A DNA stretch of 63,870 nucleotides, counting the filler, from Craspedostauros australis (taxonomy: Eukaryota), in NCBI GenBank assembly GCA_030167865.1. It is 11 parts of 11 records of this genome, joined end to end, with 100 filler letters (N's around TTAATTAATTAA, not from the genome) between each part and the next. Parts side by side here need not be neighbours in the genome. Positions count along the whole stretch, not along the records: positions 35,611 to 46,678 come from JALAGF010002087.1; positions 46,779 to 61,025 come from JALAGF010002088.1; 9 more parts are not named here. The stretch is one strand, 5' to 3'. Positions 36,728 through 49,369 of the stretch are shown here, piece by piece. The notes under the pieces are model-generated. The model did no database searches, was not told where the DNA came from, and saw only the letters and a list, made by a program, of their open reading frames with translations. The translations under genes and the position numbers were made by a program. Numbering within the stretch: position 1 is the stretch's first letter; each line of letters opens with the position of its first letter.

Positions 36728-39700
36728 TCACAATGCCAGCGAACGCTGCGTTCGTCGCTTGGACGAGCCGCCGCTTCTGGGCGTGGGGGAGATGAGATCG
36801 ATGGGATTCTGGAACAGATCGGGCGTGCTCATGTGCATGAGGGCCTCCTCATTCTCCTGCGGTGAGCGTCGATGGTTGCGACGACTATCGCGCGTGCGTT
36901 TGGGCGATCGCGGAGAACGGGTAATGCTGCTGCTGCTGGCGTTGTGTGCCGAAGGGCTGCGCGTGCTGGAGGCGCGGGTTGATTGTCGCGTGGGGGATTT
37001 GCTGGTGCGGGATTGTGGTGATCGGCGTGTGCTGGATCGTGTGATGCGTCGCGACGGGGATTTGCTGGAGGCGCGGCCGCTCGTGTGGCCACGATCGCTG
37101 CGGCTGCTGCGCGACTTGCGGGAATCCGTTGTGGAGCGCGGTTTGGGTGATTTGCCGGCCTTTTGGGATTCGGAGAACCGATCGACGGAACGGGATCTGC
37201 CCTTGCTGTTGCTCCTGCGCCTGCTGCTGGGTCTGCCCGAGGATCTCGAATTGCGTGAGGATCCGTTGGACTGGCTGGCTGAGGTGCTGCTGGTACCCGA
37301 ATGGTTGCTGCTCATGTCCCTGCGCGAAGCCCGAGATGACGGCCGCATGTCGTTGGCCATCTCAAAGTACTCGTCCGGATCGGATCCCTCGCTGGCACCT
37401 GCCACGGAGCTTTCGGCGCTGGAAGTGCGCGAGACGGATCGTCCGCTGACGGGTTTGCGCCGATCGCTCGACGTGCTGTTGTTGAAGCTGTCGCTGAAGG
37501 AGCCGTTGCGCGCTACGTTGCGCGAGCTGGGTGGTTTGCGCGTGCCCGTGCGGTTCGACGCGGATGATCCGATGCCGGCTGCCTGCACCATGCTGACCAG
37601 ATCCTTGACATCCAGCGAATGGTTGCGATGGACGGTTCTGCTGCTGGGTGGCTTGCGTCGCAGCGATGTTTTGGACGAGTTGCCAGCAGGCGTCAAGGTG
37701 GGCTTGGGATCCAGCTCTTCGAACGAATTGCTTCGCGGCGCTACGCTGGCGCGCACCTTGGGCCGTGGCGAGCTTTGGAGCATGCTCATGCTGCCGCCAC
37801 CGAGGGTCTCCATCGCTGCCATGGACTGCCTGCGCCGGCGTGATGATGATGACGACGCTGACGACGACGGTGGCGGTGCCACGCAGCCCATGGACTCGAG
37901 CGCTTCGTCACTGTCAAACGAGTTGTTGCGCGAGACAGATCTGGAACCCGGGCGGTCACCACGACTGCGGTGTCCCGTGTCAAAGGTGTCACGGGAATGC
38001 GATCGAATGCGCGAGGAGGAGGACGCGCCGTTTGCTCCAGGCGCACCGCTGCCAGAAGCGTTGGCACCACGTCGCACGCTTGCACCGCGGCGCCGTGTGG
38101 CTGGATTGCGAGACGTCGATCTGCCGTTGGCCGTGCGGGAGTCCCGTTTCGAACGCTCTCCGCTGCCCGACAACGATGGTGCGTTTGACGATGCGAGACC
38201 TCCGACGTTGCGGCTGCTGCGTCCACGCGATCGCGACGGGGGGACGAACTCCTTCTCCTCGAGGGCCTCCACGGCCTCACGAAAGGATTGGGTTTTGGTC
38301 ATCAAATTGCGTCGGTTCATGGATCTGCGGTTGTTGCCGGGCGCTGACGATGTTGGCTGTGCTGGTTTCGAGGATGCGGGGCGTGTGGATCCGAGATGAT
38401 TGCTGCTGCTGTTGCCGTCGAAATTGATGCTGCTGTTGCTGCTGTTGCTATTGCTGCTGTGTACGCTGCTGTGTCGGGCGCTGTGCGGCTTCAAATCCTC
38501 CATGTCGACGCTGAGCTTGCCCGAATTGTGCATGTTGGCAGTTTGTTGGCGACGGCTTCTGCTCTTGGTGAAGAGCAACTCGCCATGGCCCTCCAACGCT
38601 TTGAAGGACTCACGGAAGGATTCGCTGCGATTCATGAGGTTGCGACGGCTGATGCGGCCACCGCCGCCTTTTACGGTTGGCAGGTTCCTCTTCTTTTGCT
38701 TTGCCAGGAGGTTCGGTGATTTGATTTTGGAGGCAGAGTCGGATGAGGGTGGCGCAACCACGTCCTGGAACAAGGAGCGCTTGGAGTCCGAGAAGAAGTT
38801 GTTCTTCTCCAGCGAGAATCCCTGAAACATTTTGTTTGCGGTTGCCGTGTTCTGGATGGACGCTGACATGCTGGCCCGTCGATTCGATCTCTTGTTCGCA
38901 GTCGGCGGTGGCCCTGCTGGCGGTGATGGCTGCGCGTCCTGTATCCTCGACAGCCTCTCCCCGGACATGATACTGACGTACTCCTGCATGGCGATGTCCA
39001 TGGTCTCGCGGTACACCCATGCCTTGAAGAAGACGCGTTTGGAGTACTTGGCTTTGATGAAGGCATCTCTCTCATCCAGGTTGGAACGAACGTGCGGTTT
39101 GACGGTGTCGTCAGTCTTTTCTTCGTCGTCTCCGTATTTGCCTTCGAACGCATCATTGACGCGCTTGTTGCCTCCGATTTCCACAGCGATGACTTCCTTT
39201 TCCTTCCCTGTGTTCGTGGTTGTGCGAGATCCATTGGATGCGAGAGTGTGTATAATATTATATGACAGAACGAAGATACAAGCATGGCGTATATATGTAC
39301 GTGTGCATATGTATGGTGTGTGTGAGAGGTTGAGATGGGACGTGGAATATGTATTGTGGGCCGGAGTTGTGCCATACGAATTGAAATTGAGTACAATCGA
39401 GGTTGCAGATGCTGGGAACGAGGCAACTAAACATCTGGAATGTCCAGAGGCGCGTCGTTGCAATTGTGTTTGTCATGCGCATCCATAGCCGCACCCATAC
39501 CCGCACATATACCCGCACATATATGCATTCCTGTATGCATGCTCACTCACAGTCATCCAAAGTAAGACTCCGAACGAAGCAAATATGAACGCCCAGCCGC
39601 CTGTGAGCGCCGGAGCAATGGAAGCAGCAGAATGCCCCAATGGTGCGGCTGTCGGTCGGCGATCCAGGCGGTGGCACAATGAGAGACGCCCACGTCGGCT

Positions 39701-39839
39701 TCTTGTCCCCGCAATCGCAGCAGACCTGGTTTTCCGGCAAATTGGCGACTGACTTGAGCCGTTGCTTCAGCTCCTCCTGCGACGGGTCCTTTCGTGACGT
39801 GGATGATGCGCTGCTCATGGTGATGGTCGTCACTGCCAT
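36728..39839 (-). CDS. ArfGAP-domain protein with long Ser/Arg-rich disordered tail, 2 exons (39839-39551, 39207-36728)
   Basis: ENQVCCDC..KPTWAS...CFHCSGAHRRLGVHICFVRSLTLD. A GTGAG...CAG intron at 39550-39208 restores LDDWKEKEV..GGNKRVN..FIKAKY. Confidence 0.9.
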
Positions 39840-41700
39840 GCTGGATTCTGTTATTTGTTGATGCTGTTATTGATGATGTTGGTGCTGATGTGTCAAATGC
39901 GTCTATTGCGTCTATTGCGTCTATCGCTTCTAGTGCTCAGATTGGTGGCTATGGTGACCAGTCTTGTGCTCTCTGCAGGATTCCCTCTCGCTTGTGATTG
40001 AATGCTCTGCTCTCCTTCTATTCGCACATGCGCTCTATGGTGCGAGCATGTATGGCGGAGAGTCGAAGGGACACGGAAGGCGCCAAGGTTATGGCGAAGT
40101 CAATGCAGCTGTGGATGGATGTTGTGCTGATGCCCTGCTTCAGGAGATTGGTCGCAACCGATTTCGAAGCGTTGTGTTGCCGATTTGCGGGAGTGACGCC
40201 AAGGAGAGACACCTCTTGGCCGGCGTCTGTTGGCTCCGTGTCAGTCAGCTGCTTTGTTGTTGTTGTTGGTGGTGGTGTTGGCGTTGGTTTCGTATCTCTC
40301 ACACCACTCTCCGTTCCTGCTTTTGTGCACAATCTGGTGACTATTTATTCGTTGGCTTCGATCGGTGCCTCTCTCGCTTTGTTGTGGCACTTGATGTCGG
40401 TGTGCTTTCTCGTGACTGGGAGGGACGAAATGACATTGCACCGCATCAACATCGAGTCACAAGGATACCGAAAAAGAGAGGAATCCGCAGAACACCAGGA
40501 ATGGCAGGCGCATGACCCAAGAAACAGCCTTGTTCTCTTCGTCCGTCCACAACAATCGTTCGCCTACGACTGGATCGACTGATGTAACATGGCGCTGTAT
40601 CATTGTTCGTTAACACAAATTGTCCGTTAAAGTTGAAAGGAAGTTGAAGACACGACAAGAGTCACGTGTTGTGGTGTCACAAGGACATCATTTTGCACGA
40701 CTCTGTCTGCATCCAACACAAACACTCCCAGCGCGCATTCTTCTGACCGATTCCAAGTTCGTTATCTCCACTGGTTGCGATCACCACCACCACCAACAAC
40801 AACACGGCGAAGATACAATGCTGTGTTGCGATGCCAACGGCGCTCAGGGCCACGGAAATGCCTTGACACATCGCAGTTGCGTATCGGACTCTATCTCTCT
40901 TCCCCCACCTTTTGGTGGTCGTGTGCGCACCTTGTTGGCACCACATTTAGCCTCGCGACGGTTGCATGCGCGTTACGTTCGTCATGTGCGAATATATATG
41001 CGATCTGCTTCAACCAGTTGAATCTTGGAATGTCCACCACCTCCTCATTGGTCTCTGCGTGTGGTTGGTCATGCAATGTCGTTGCTTCTCACATCTTCGA
41101 GGAGCAGACAGGCTTTGTCATGGGGTCGACTGTTCCACATGTGTGAACTGGTAGGAAAGCTGCCACACTGCCGCCGCCACCAACACTGCTGGCGTACCAA
41201 CTTCTCGCTGATCCCCCTCGCCACCACTTCACGAGTACCCAACAACAGCAGCAGAGGCTGGGATCTTGGAAGTTGGAGGATGTAAAAGATCGCAGACGAC
41301 GCACCAAACTGCAAGACATCTCACCACATGCTGGGAGAATGAAGAACACTGCCGCGTGGCCATGATGCGATCACAATTGCTCGTACCGCAACCAATGCGT
41401 CTCCGATCAATGCGTGTTCACTCTCGTCGAATTCGTGACAGCGGCAATAGAATAGAACCTCCATCTTGTGACGTATTGTATCATTATTCCAAGCATCGTG
41501 CCATGAGCAGAAGACATCAGCCGCATCAAACAAACAAGCCCCATGCTTTGAACCAACAGCAGGTGCCCGATGCCTAATCGCAACGCCATGCGCTCTCTTT
41601 GCGAGCTATGCCTAGCCAATATCTATGGTAGTACAATACAAATGCCAGCATCTCTGCGGAAAGCCACGTTCGGGCAGTTTGTCGAAGCGGCGCCTCCGAA

Positions 41701-42693
41701 TCAACCACTCTTGCGCTGAATCTCCAACGCATTGCGTTCCACGATGATTTCCTGCATCGTCAATGCATCCAACGATTGCATCTCCGCATCCGCCAATTCA
41801 AAATCCAAGATATCTCTGTTTTCTTGCATACGAGAGACCGTCGCCGTCTTGGCAATCACAATCAGATTCTTTTGGTATCCCCACCGCAGCACAACCTGCG
41901 CCGGCGTCTTGGAGTGCCTGCGTGCCAGCTTCAGCACGATGTTGCCATGATCATCGCCGGCATTATCGTCAGCATCGTCCCATCCCTGTCCACGATGCAA
42001 TGCCTTGCTCGCGGCGACGCACATGCCGTGCTTCGTTTGGAAGTACTCGATGGTTTCAGGACGGTACATGAATGGCGATACCTCCATCTGATTGACGATT
42101 GGCTGCGAAGGAATGCTGCTCGATGGCGCCTGCTGTCCATCTGCTACTACTTTCACATCAGCATGGATATGCGGCAGCAGCTCCTCGTAGTCGGCGATGT
42201 GAAAGTTACTCAATCCAATGTTCCGTATCTTCCTGGCATCCTCCAGCTGCATTTGACGCAGCTCCTTGTATGTGTCCACGAAGACTTGCGGCACGGGCCA
42301 ATGGATGTAGAACAGATCCCAGTACGGCTGCGCCGTCGTCGCTGTGCCATCGTCCGAGTCGCCACCCAACCGCCGCAGACTGTCGTCGACACTGCGGCGC
42401 ACAGCCGCGCGGCCCTGCCGCTGCACGTCGTTCCACACCTTGCTGGTGAGGAAGAATTCGGATCGCGCGATGCCGCATTGCGCGATGGCCTGTCCCAGAA
42501 TGGCTTCGTTGCCGTAGATTGTGGCGCAGTCAAAGTGCCGATACCCAGCGCGGATGGCCTGCAGGACCAGCGCCTTGCCATTTTCGTCATTCGGGATCTT
42601 GTAGAGGCCAAAGGCGAGATGTGGGATGCGGACAGCTGGCGCCGACGTTGGTGCGATGCAAGGATCGGAGATGGATGATTTGGATGATGCCAT
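41701..42693 (-). CDS. Aldo-keto reductase
   Basis: GYRHFDCATIYGNE, LTSKVW, DLFYIHWP, IGLSNF, VNQMEVSP, TPAQVVLRW, RMQENRDILDFEL. Confidence 0.9.
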   Translation of the reverse strand: MASSKSSISDPCIAPTSAPAVRIPHLAFGLYKIPNDENGKALVLQAIRAGYRHFDCATIYGNEAILGQAIAQCGIARSEFFLTSKVWNDVQRQGRAAVRRSVDDSLRRLGGDSDDGTATTAQPYWDLFYIHWPVPQVFVDTYKELRQMQLEDARKIRNIGLSNFHIADYEELLPHIHADVKVVADGQQAPSSSIPSQPIVNQMEVSPFMYRPETIEYFQTKHGMCVAASKALHRGQGWDDADDNAGDDHGNIVLKLARRHSKTPAQVVLRWGYQKNLIVIAKTATVSRMQENRDILDFELADAEMQSLDALTMQEIIVERNALEIQRKSG

Positions 42694-44169
42694 GTTGAAT
42701 GTGGCGGGTTGAGTATTAGTTGAATGTGCGGAATTGTGGAGTGGCATGGCATTCTGTTACACTCCTGCGAGCATTCACGGAGATGGAGATGGAGCTGGTT
42801 CTGCGAGTGTGATGGATCCAACATGGAGTTCGCACCTGCAAGCGACGACAAGAGCGCACATCACGTCATCCCATCAACACAAACGATGGAAGCTACGGCG
42901 TATTTTTAATCTTTGTAGTTTGCACATCTGGGTATCTCCAAAACCACACCAAGGTACCATTCAGGACCATGTCAGTGATCTCTCTCTCTCTTTGGAGCCA
43001 GAGATATGGACGAGATACGAGGAAGACACGCAAAGAACTCGTCCCGAGACAAAGACATTCGAGCAAGGTACTCCGCCATACTACTACTCTTCCCACTGTT
43101 CGATCACACAACGTTTCGCGGGATCGCATGCATCTCTTTGCTGACCATGACACCCGCGCGGATCGCTTCGCTGTCACGAGGAAACACGATCAGACCAATT
43201 CCAAGAGTGACCAGCTGTGCCAAAGTGTTGGTGCCAATGATCTTCCGACCTGTTGCTGCTCCATCTCGCCTCTGCGTCACCATGCAATCTTCGCCTCTTC
43301 TCCCTCCACGTGCCACGAAGTGCATGGTATGGGCCCGTCCATCGTAATTCGAGCTGCGAGTACAAATACGAGCACGAGTACGAGCACGAGTACGAGCACG
43401 AGTAGTATACATTTCGGTTTACCTTGGCGGACAAGCACTCGATCCGCACAAGCCAAAAAAGTGTTCTGTGGTCACCAAAAGGAAGCACAAAGGGTGATGG
43501 GATTGGACCAGCGTCCAATTACCCGTAGCATGCATACCAACGCTTCCACATTCAATGCCGGGAAAGATGCGAGGATGTTGTAATCCCTGATGTTAGAGTT
43601 TTTGGCCGCTGCACCATTTGGAACCTGCGTCACTGTGACCCTTCATAGGATGTTTTGGTGCATCGAAACTTATGATCTCGGCGGCATCAAAAACCAAGAG
43701 GTTGTTCGAATGCCCGAAGCGACAGTTTCTCTCAATTGCGGGATAACAGTTCGGTCGTTTCCCAAGCAAAAACCGCTATGATCCTTCTGCCTCGCCTCCT
43801 CTTGTTGACACCGATGTTCCACAGAGTGCACCAATGCATAATATAATAGAATGGTCGCAAGAAGACTTTGCCCCCAAATCATCTTGGTCACAAGTTAGTT
43901 TTTTGCTTGCATTCAGGAGAACTTGCTGTCATCGTACAAGCACAGTGACCAAGTTGGGGTCGGGAGACCATGTAAAAGCATTGCAGTATTACATGATGGA
44001 GCAGAGTACCATCCGCAGAAGCAACGTTCTCCATCATGTACTTGTGCCTTCACTTGCGGCCATGCCAACAATACTCCACGGCAAAGAATCGGATCACATC
44101 CATTCCACATCTGCTCATAAAACCAACATCCACAGTTCAAAAACAACACTACCAACACAACGACCAACC

Positions 44170-45558
44170 ATGAGATTCTCACGCACTGTCGCGCTCCTTG
44201 GCCTCGCCTCCGTGGCAAGCGCCGAGCTGCCAACACTCCCCGACGACTTCGTCCGAGGACTCGTGGTATCGCAGCCAGGCACCGCCGAGGTCTGCCCGCT
44301 GGACTACCATCTCTACAGACAAGATGGAGAAACATCTCCAGCGGCCCCGCCGATCACCATCACCAAGCAAGACACGACGACTGTCGAGTTCTCCGTCAAG
44401 AATCTGTGGGCGCCAAGCGGCGTCAACTCCATCTACGTCGAGTACACCATAGATAATCTGGGATCCACCACGTGCGTCGAGGAGAAGAAGTTCGATGAGT
44501 TTGATACCATCGACCTCAAGGCATATTGCCTGTACTCCGAGCCCATCTCCATTGTCAATGTCTATGTGGCCGATCCTGAGGTCACAGGAGATGCCAAAAT
44601 CCCCGAGTGCTGTCACGGCGGTCGGAACCGGCTGCCCATGAACACTGTGATGTACACTTATGTACTGCAGTGCGAACCGACCTGCGATGACGAAGAACCC
44701 GAATGCGTCGAGAAAGTGCTGGACTTCAACGACCTGCCGGAGTACTCCTACGTCTACGATGAGTACTGGCACAGTCTCGGTGTCACGATCACCGCACGTT
44801 CCAACACCAACGACATCGCCGTCAGTCACACACCCTTGCCGGACTCGAACTTCCCCACCGGATCAGCCTGGCAGGATCGCTACGGCTTCACCGAGGGCAA
44901 CCCCAACACATTCACCGGTGACGTGTGGGATCAATCGCTGCACAAGCGAGCTGGTGGCGCCGCACGTGTGTTCAATACGCTGAAGCCCGACGAGGCTCGT
45001 GGCAACCCCAAGTGCGAACCAGGTAACCAAGACGATGGCGACCACGATTTGGGATCGCCAAACGAGTCTTGCCCAGGGGGAACTCCAGGACTTCTCATCA
45101 ACGGGCCCGGAACTGGTGGTGGAGGAGCACCGGGCACTCCACACCCCAACTGCCCAAGCGAACTCCTTGGCAACGTCCTCATCGTCCAGGAAGGTGCAAA
45201 GTCGTGTCCTGATGATACTGCCTCCGGAGGAACGATCACGTTCGATTTCAACCCCAACATCGCGGGTACAGTCGAATTCACTTCCATCTCGATCCTGGAC
45301 ATCGACGATGGCGCCAACCCAACTGTCTACGTTTGGACCCAATCCGAAGACCTCTCTGCATCCCCAGCGACGCCAGGCCTTGATGCCCCCAACGTGGGAG
45401 ACAACGGACTCTGGATTGCCGATATGGACTTCCCAGCTGGTATTAAGCGCATCAAGGTGGAGTATCCTGGATCAGGATCTCTTGCTGAGATCCGGTACAA
45501 GCCGTCCAAGTGCGTGGACAAGGCTGACATGTTGCCCGAGAAGCAAACGACTGCCTAG
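44170..45558 (+). CDS. Secreted two-domain protein (Cys-rich N-domain and DLGSPN-motif domain), function unknown
   Basis: Signal peptide MRFSRTVALLGLASVASA, intronless 462-aa ORF, PECC..YVLQCEPTC domain, then DGDHDLGSPN..GPG.GGGG..NC..LGNVLIVQE..PDD..GGTITFDF. Confidence 0.8.
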   Translation: MRFSRTVALLGLASVASAELPTLPDDFVRGLVVSQPGTAEVCPLDYHLYRQDGETSPAAPPITITKQDTTTVEFSVKNLWAPSGVNSIYVEYTIDNLGSTTCVEEKKFDEFDTIDLKAYCLYSEPISIVNVYVADPEVTGDAKIPECCHGGRNRLPMNTVMYTYVLQCEPTCDDEEPECVEKVLDFNDLPEYSYVYDEYWHSLGVTITARSNTNDIAVSHTPLPDSNFPTGSAWQDRYGFTEGNPNTFTGDVWDQSLHKRAGGAARVFNTLKPDEARGNPKCEPGNQDDGDHDLGSPNESCPGGTPGLLINGPGTGGGGAPGTPHPNCPSELLGNVLIVQEGAKSCPDDTASGGTITFDFNPNIAGTVEFTSISILDIDDGANPTVYVWTQSEDLSASPATPGLDAPNVGDNGLWIADMDFPAGIKRIKVEYPGSGSLAEIRYKPSKCVDKADMLPEKQTTA

Positions 45559-47908
45559 AGAGAGATAGCGTTTGGAATCGTAGCTTAGGAGGATGAAATC
45601 CAAGACAGCAAGTAGCGTCGTAGGATGGTATAGGCGACTCACAGAATTCTCCAGTATTTAACTTTAGTATGCTCTTCACAATTAGACGCTCGTCGAGTGC
45701 ACGAGTACAAACATCGCAGACACTTTTGGTCGCAGTTGACGACTGCGCGAATTGGGATCGGTTCCGAACCGGTGCTGCATTCGGATGGACCGAAGAGAAC
45801 ATCGGTGATGGGACTACGAGCTACGAGTATGGTATGTACAGCACAGTATCTTTGTCAGGATAATTCAGCGATAATGACTGTTCTCGATAGTCTAGGAAGA
45901 CCAATCTCCGCCTGGCAGTTCCACATGCCACATCATTGGACCTCAACAACACAGCTCATCAAGGACACACTAGAGGTTGTGCACAAACCTCTGACGATAC
46001 TGTCAACACCCAAACAGACAATATGCAAACAGACAATTTGACGGCATTTGCAAACAGACATACTTCAAGACGGACCTAGAAAGGAAGAACAATGAACTAC
46101 ATTTCCCTGCAGATCCCCCGTACGAGTAGTCGTATGTCAGAGCGAGAGCCAACTCGCCCAGGTATGCGTGCATCTCAAGGAACGCTGATCAACATAGAAC
46201 TTGCCTCATGCTTCCTCCCACGCTGACACACGAAGAGGTACGCGTCTGCTCGGTGTGTTGCTGCCTCGTCTTGCGCCATCTTGAAACCATCGCGAGGGAC
46301 ATGCGCGTACCACACTCGTACTACCTCCAGGTCGCAGTTGATGCACTCACGATAACACTAGTTGTGGAGTTTTGACCCCTTGTTGCCACTGGTTTGCTCG
46401 CTTTTGGGAGAATCGGCGATTGGATATTTAGAGCTATTTCGTGTTTGCTCTCGCTGATCCGTCTTCTACGTCACAGGGAACGGATTCCACGTCATGAAAA
46501 ACGAGTCACAACAGAGGAAGAGACATGGTGTGACTCTTCCTCCACAAGACAAGATGATGACTGCGCGCGGCGACAACAGAATGTGCCAGGCCAGGACAGC
46601 CAACAGCAGCCTGCATTGACCGATCTCACGATGGAAACCAACAAAATCCAATGGCCTCAGAATTCGACGAAGGGCATTNNNNNNNNNNNNNNNNNNNNNN
46701 NNNNNNNNNNNNNNNNNNNNNNTTAATTAATTAANNNNNNNNNNNNNNNNNNNNNNNNNNNNNNNNNNNNNNNNNNNNACGAGAGCCATCGGTAAATTTC
46801 AAATTTGAATTTCAAACGTTCACATTTATCAGTAGTCGAAATTGCGTAGATCGTTGCCATGAAACACGAGTAACGTTAGTGGGGGTTACGCGAGCCAATA
46901 TTTAAAATGTACTCTCTCGCTTTGGATTGATGATGACTAAAGGGGTTCCATCATTGCTTCTTCTCCAGCTTACTCACTGCCATCCAGAAGACTACATATA
47001 CTTCAATACTTCCTAAATGATTTCTTTCAAAGACTTGGGACGATTTCTTCGACGAGGGTTGAATTGAACGAATGAGATCGAACACATGTGAACAAGGACA
47101 TTCGCCACAGTACAACACGGCGTTGCACGAGACTGAGGATGTCAACCCCATTCTCCATCATTGCCTCACTCTTTCAGAAGCTTTAAGGCTCGACTATCCC
47201 CTCTCCATTCGAAGTACCGCCTTCACTATCATAATCCTGTGCGCAATGAATCGAGAATGAGCAGGGGAAGAGCAGTTGGGACAGCTTCACACGTTGACAC
47301 CGCGAGTTGATCATGTTGCGAGCACCCACAAATTTTGTCGTCTGCCCGTCTGTGCGGCAATTGGCATCATGTTTTGCCTTCGACCCACCAAAAACCGATT
47401 CTCGAACTCGTGAACAAACCAAAAAGCCAGGAGATAGTCCCAAACTCGAGAAAAACAACACGACAGATCGTGGGCTCCATTAGAGGTAGCCTGCCCAACT
47501 TCATCACCTCATAACTATAAAGATAAGATCCCCCTGGAACTGATATCTCGGATTATGAATCTAAGTATGTTAAAGTGTATGTGCGCCAAGTTTCATCTGA
47601 ATCGAAGGACCAAAATCAAAGAATCCTGGAGGGACCGCACCGCTATTGACTCACACGGGTCATATATACTAGAGTGTGCTCGTGTTGTGTGTGTTCTGCG
47701 TTGAAGAGACCTAAACGATGGATAACATAATGGGTGGAAGCCTTTGATTGTGATCGCAGTTTGGCTTGCTGGTCTGCAAATGCGCGCGTGCCTCCATCAA
47801 TGGGTTGTTGCATGCACAACACGTTGGCAGCGACGCGCGTAGTTCATCTTGTGACCATCTCACATTTGATTTTTGCGTGCAGCAACTGTCTGCTTGTTTG
47901 CGACACGC

Positions 47909-49369
47909 TTACTCGGAACCTTCAAAGAGGTTGGAGTTGATGAGCAAGGACGATCCGAGCAAGAGCCCCTTGAGCTCCTTGGTGGAGTCCTCTGGGAAGC
48001 TCAATTCGTAGGACTGGGATTCGTTGTAGACATCGCTGAAGGTCTCCTTTGGAATCTTGGCGATGCGGCCGATGAATGGCGCGTCGCCGGCCGTGTCGTA
48101 GGCATCCGCCGAGTACACCCTCCATGGGACGAGGTGGCATCCGTGCGGGCAGCAGTTGCCCTCGACGCAGCAGTTCACGCAGGAGCCTCCGCAGCAGGTG
48201 GCCGGGTGGACGATGTAGACGGTCTCGTCGTCGTCATCGTACACCTTGAATTGCGGGACGCTGCATGTGTGGAAGATGTGGAAGTGGGTTGAGGTGCGTG
48301 AAGACGTACGTAACATTGAAAAGGAAGGGAAGGAAAAGGATCGAAAGTAGAGGAGGAGGAGGGGTATGAATGATGGAGCAGGTGAGATGTTGAACATATG
48401 GAGCACATCTGTTGGCAAACGCGGCAAAGCCTGGAGCCAACAAGCGTATCGAGCAGCACATTACACTTCCACACACATTGTACCCAACGGAGCAAACGCA
48501 ATGCAACCACAACAACGATACATAAGAACAGCAAGAACAATAGCAGGAAGAGCAACTCACCAGCACCAGAACGTCTCACGGACTTCTCCCAAATCTTCAT
48601 CACCGCTGGAGATGGTGGCCTCCTGACGACAGCAGATCTTGCAAGGCGCCAGCGGCAGGCGGTACGGGCGTTCGATGTCGATGATCTCGACCTCCCTGGT
48701 GTTGGAGTTCTCCTGGACGGTCATGTCCCACGCATGGATGGTCGGACAGCACACGCGGCAGCACAGACTGTACTCCTCCCTTGACATGGCGATCCGCTTT
48801 TCTCGCACGATGTAGTCGAACTCCGACTTGTGATTGCAGCAGCACATCTCCTGTATGCACCCGCGGCGCGACTGCCGCACCTCCATGCGCTCCACGCCTT
48901 CGAGCTTGCGCAGCGACGATGGCAGCTCGCCGTCCTCGTAGAGCTTGATCTGCCCGTCGTTCTCGTCGCCGCGCTCCATCTTGTTGGCGACCGCGAGGTC
49001 GTTGGGCGTGGTGTTGGTCAACGCCAAGGTCGGCGTGGAGCCGCTGCCGGGGCCGGTCAGGCGGTATTGGTCGTCCGGTGCAGGCAGGGCCATGTTGTTC
49101 GCGCTGCTGCCGCTCTGGCTGTCGCCCGACGCCAGTCTGTACTGTCCGCTGCTTGCGTTTTGGTCGTCGACGGAGGTCAGCCTGTTCTCGCTGTCGCTGG
49201 TGTTCGCGAGGGCCTGGCTGCTCCCTCCGGTCAGCCTTCCGCTGCCGCTGCCACGGCTGTTGCGTCCAGAGGATCCGCTCCCGCTGTGGCCGCTCACCAT
49301 CATTGCGCCATTGTCGTCGGTCGCGACCAGTTGGTTCTGGTCTCCGGAGGCTGACAATCTGTACGACAT
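47909..49369 (-). CDS. Phospholipid scramblase-like Cys-rich protein, 2 exons (49369-48561, 48260-47909)
   Basis: EVRQSRRGCIQE..CCRVCC..IERPYR..CKICCRQE..LGEVRETFWC|CVPQFKV..YELSFP..KGLLLGSSLLIN, joined by an in-frame GTGAG...CAG intron. Confidence 0.75.

Noticed and set aside
36603..38399. 598-aa plus-strand ORF (also 58640-60211, 25750-27003 and 27978-28661)
   Set aside because: Antisense shadows of real low-complexity or codon-biased genes, with no independent motifs.
39960..41620. Overlapping short ORFs between ArfGAP and AKR
   Set aside because: No recognisable domain or consistent frame; may be a decayed gene or repeat but cannot be supported.
46779..47560. ttcaaatttgaa palindrome and broken ORFs suggesting a TE end
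   Set aside because: Too little evidence: no TIR pair, TSD or transposase motif visible.
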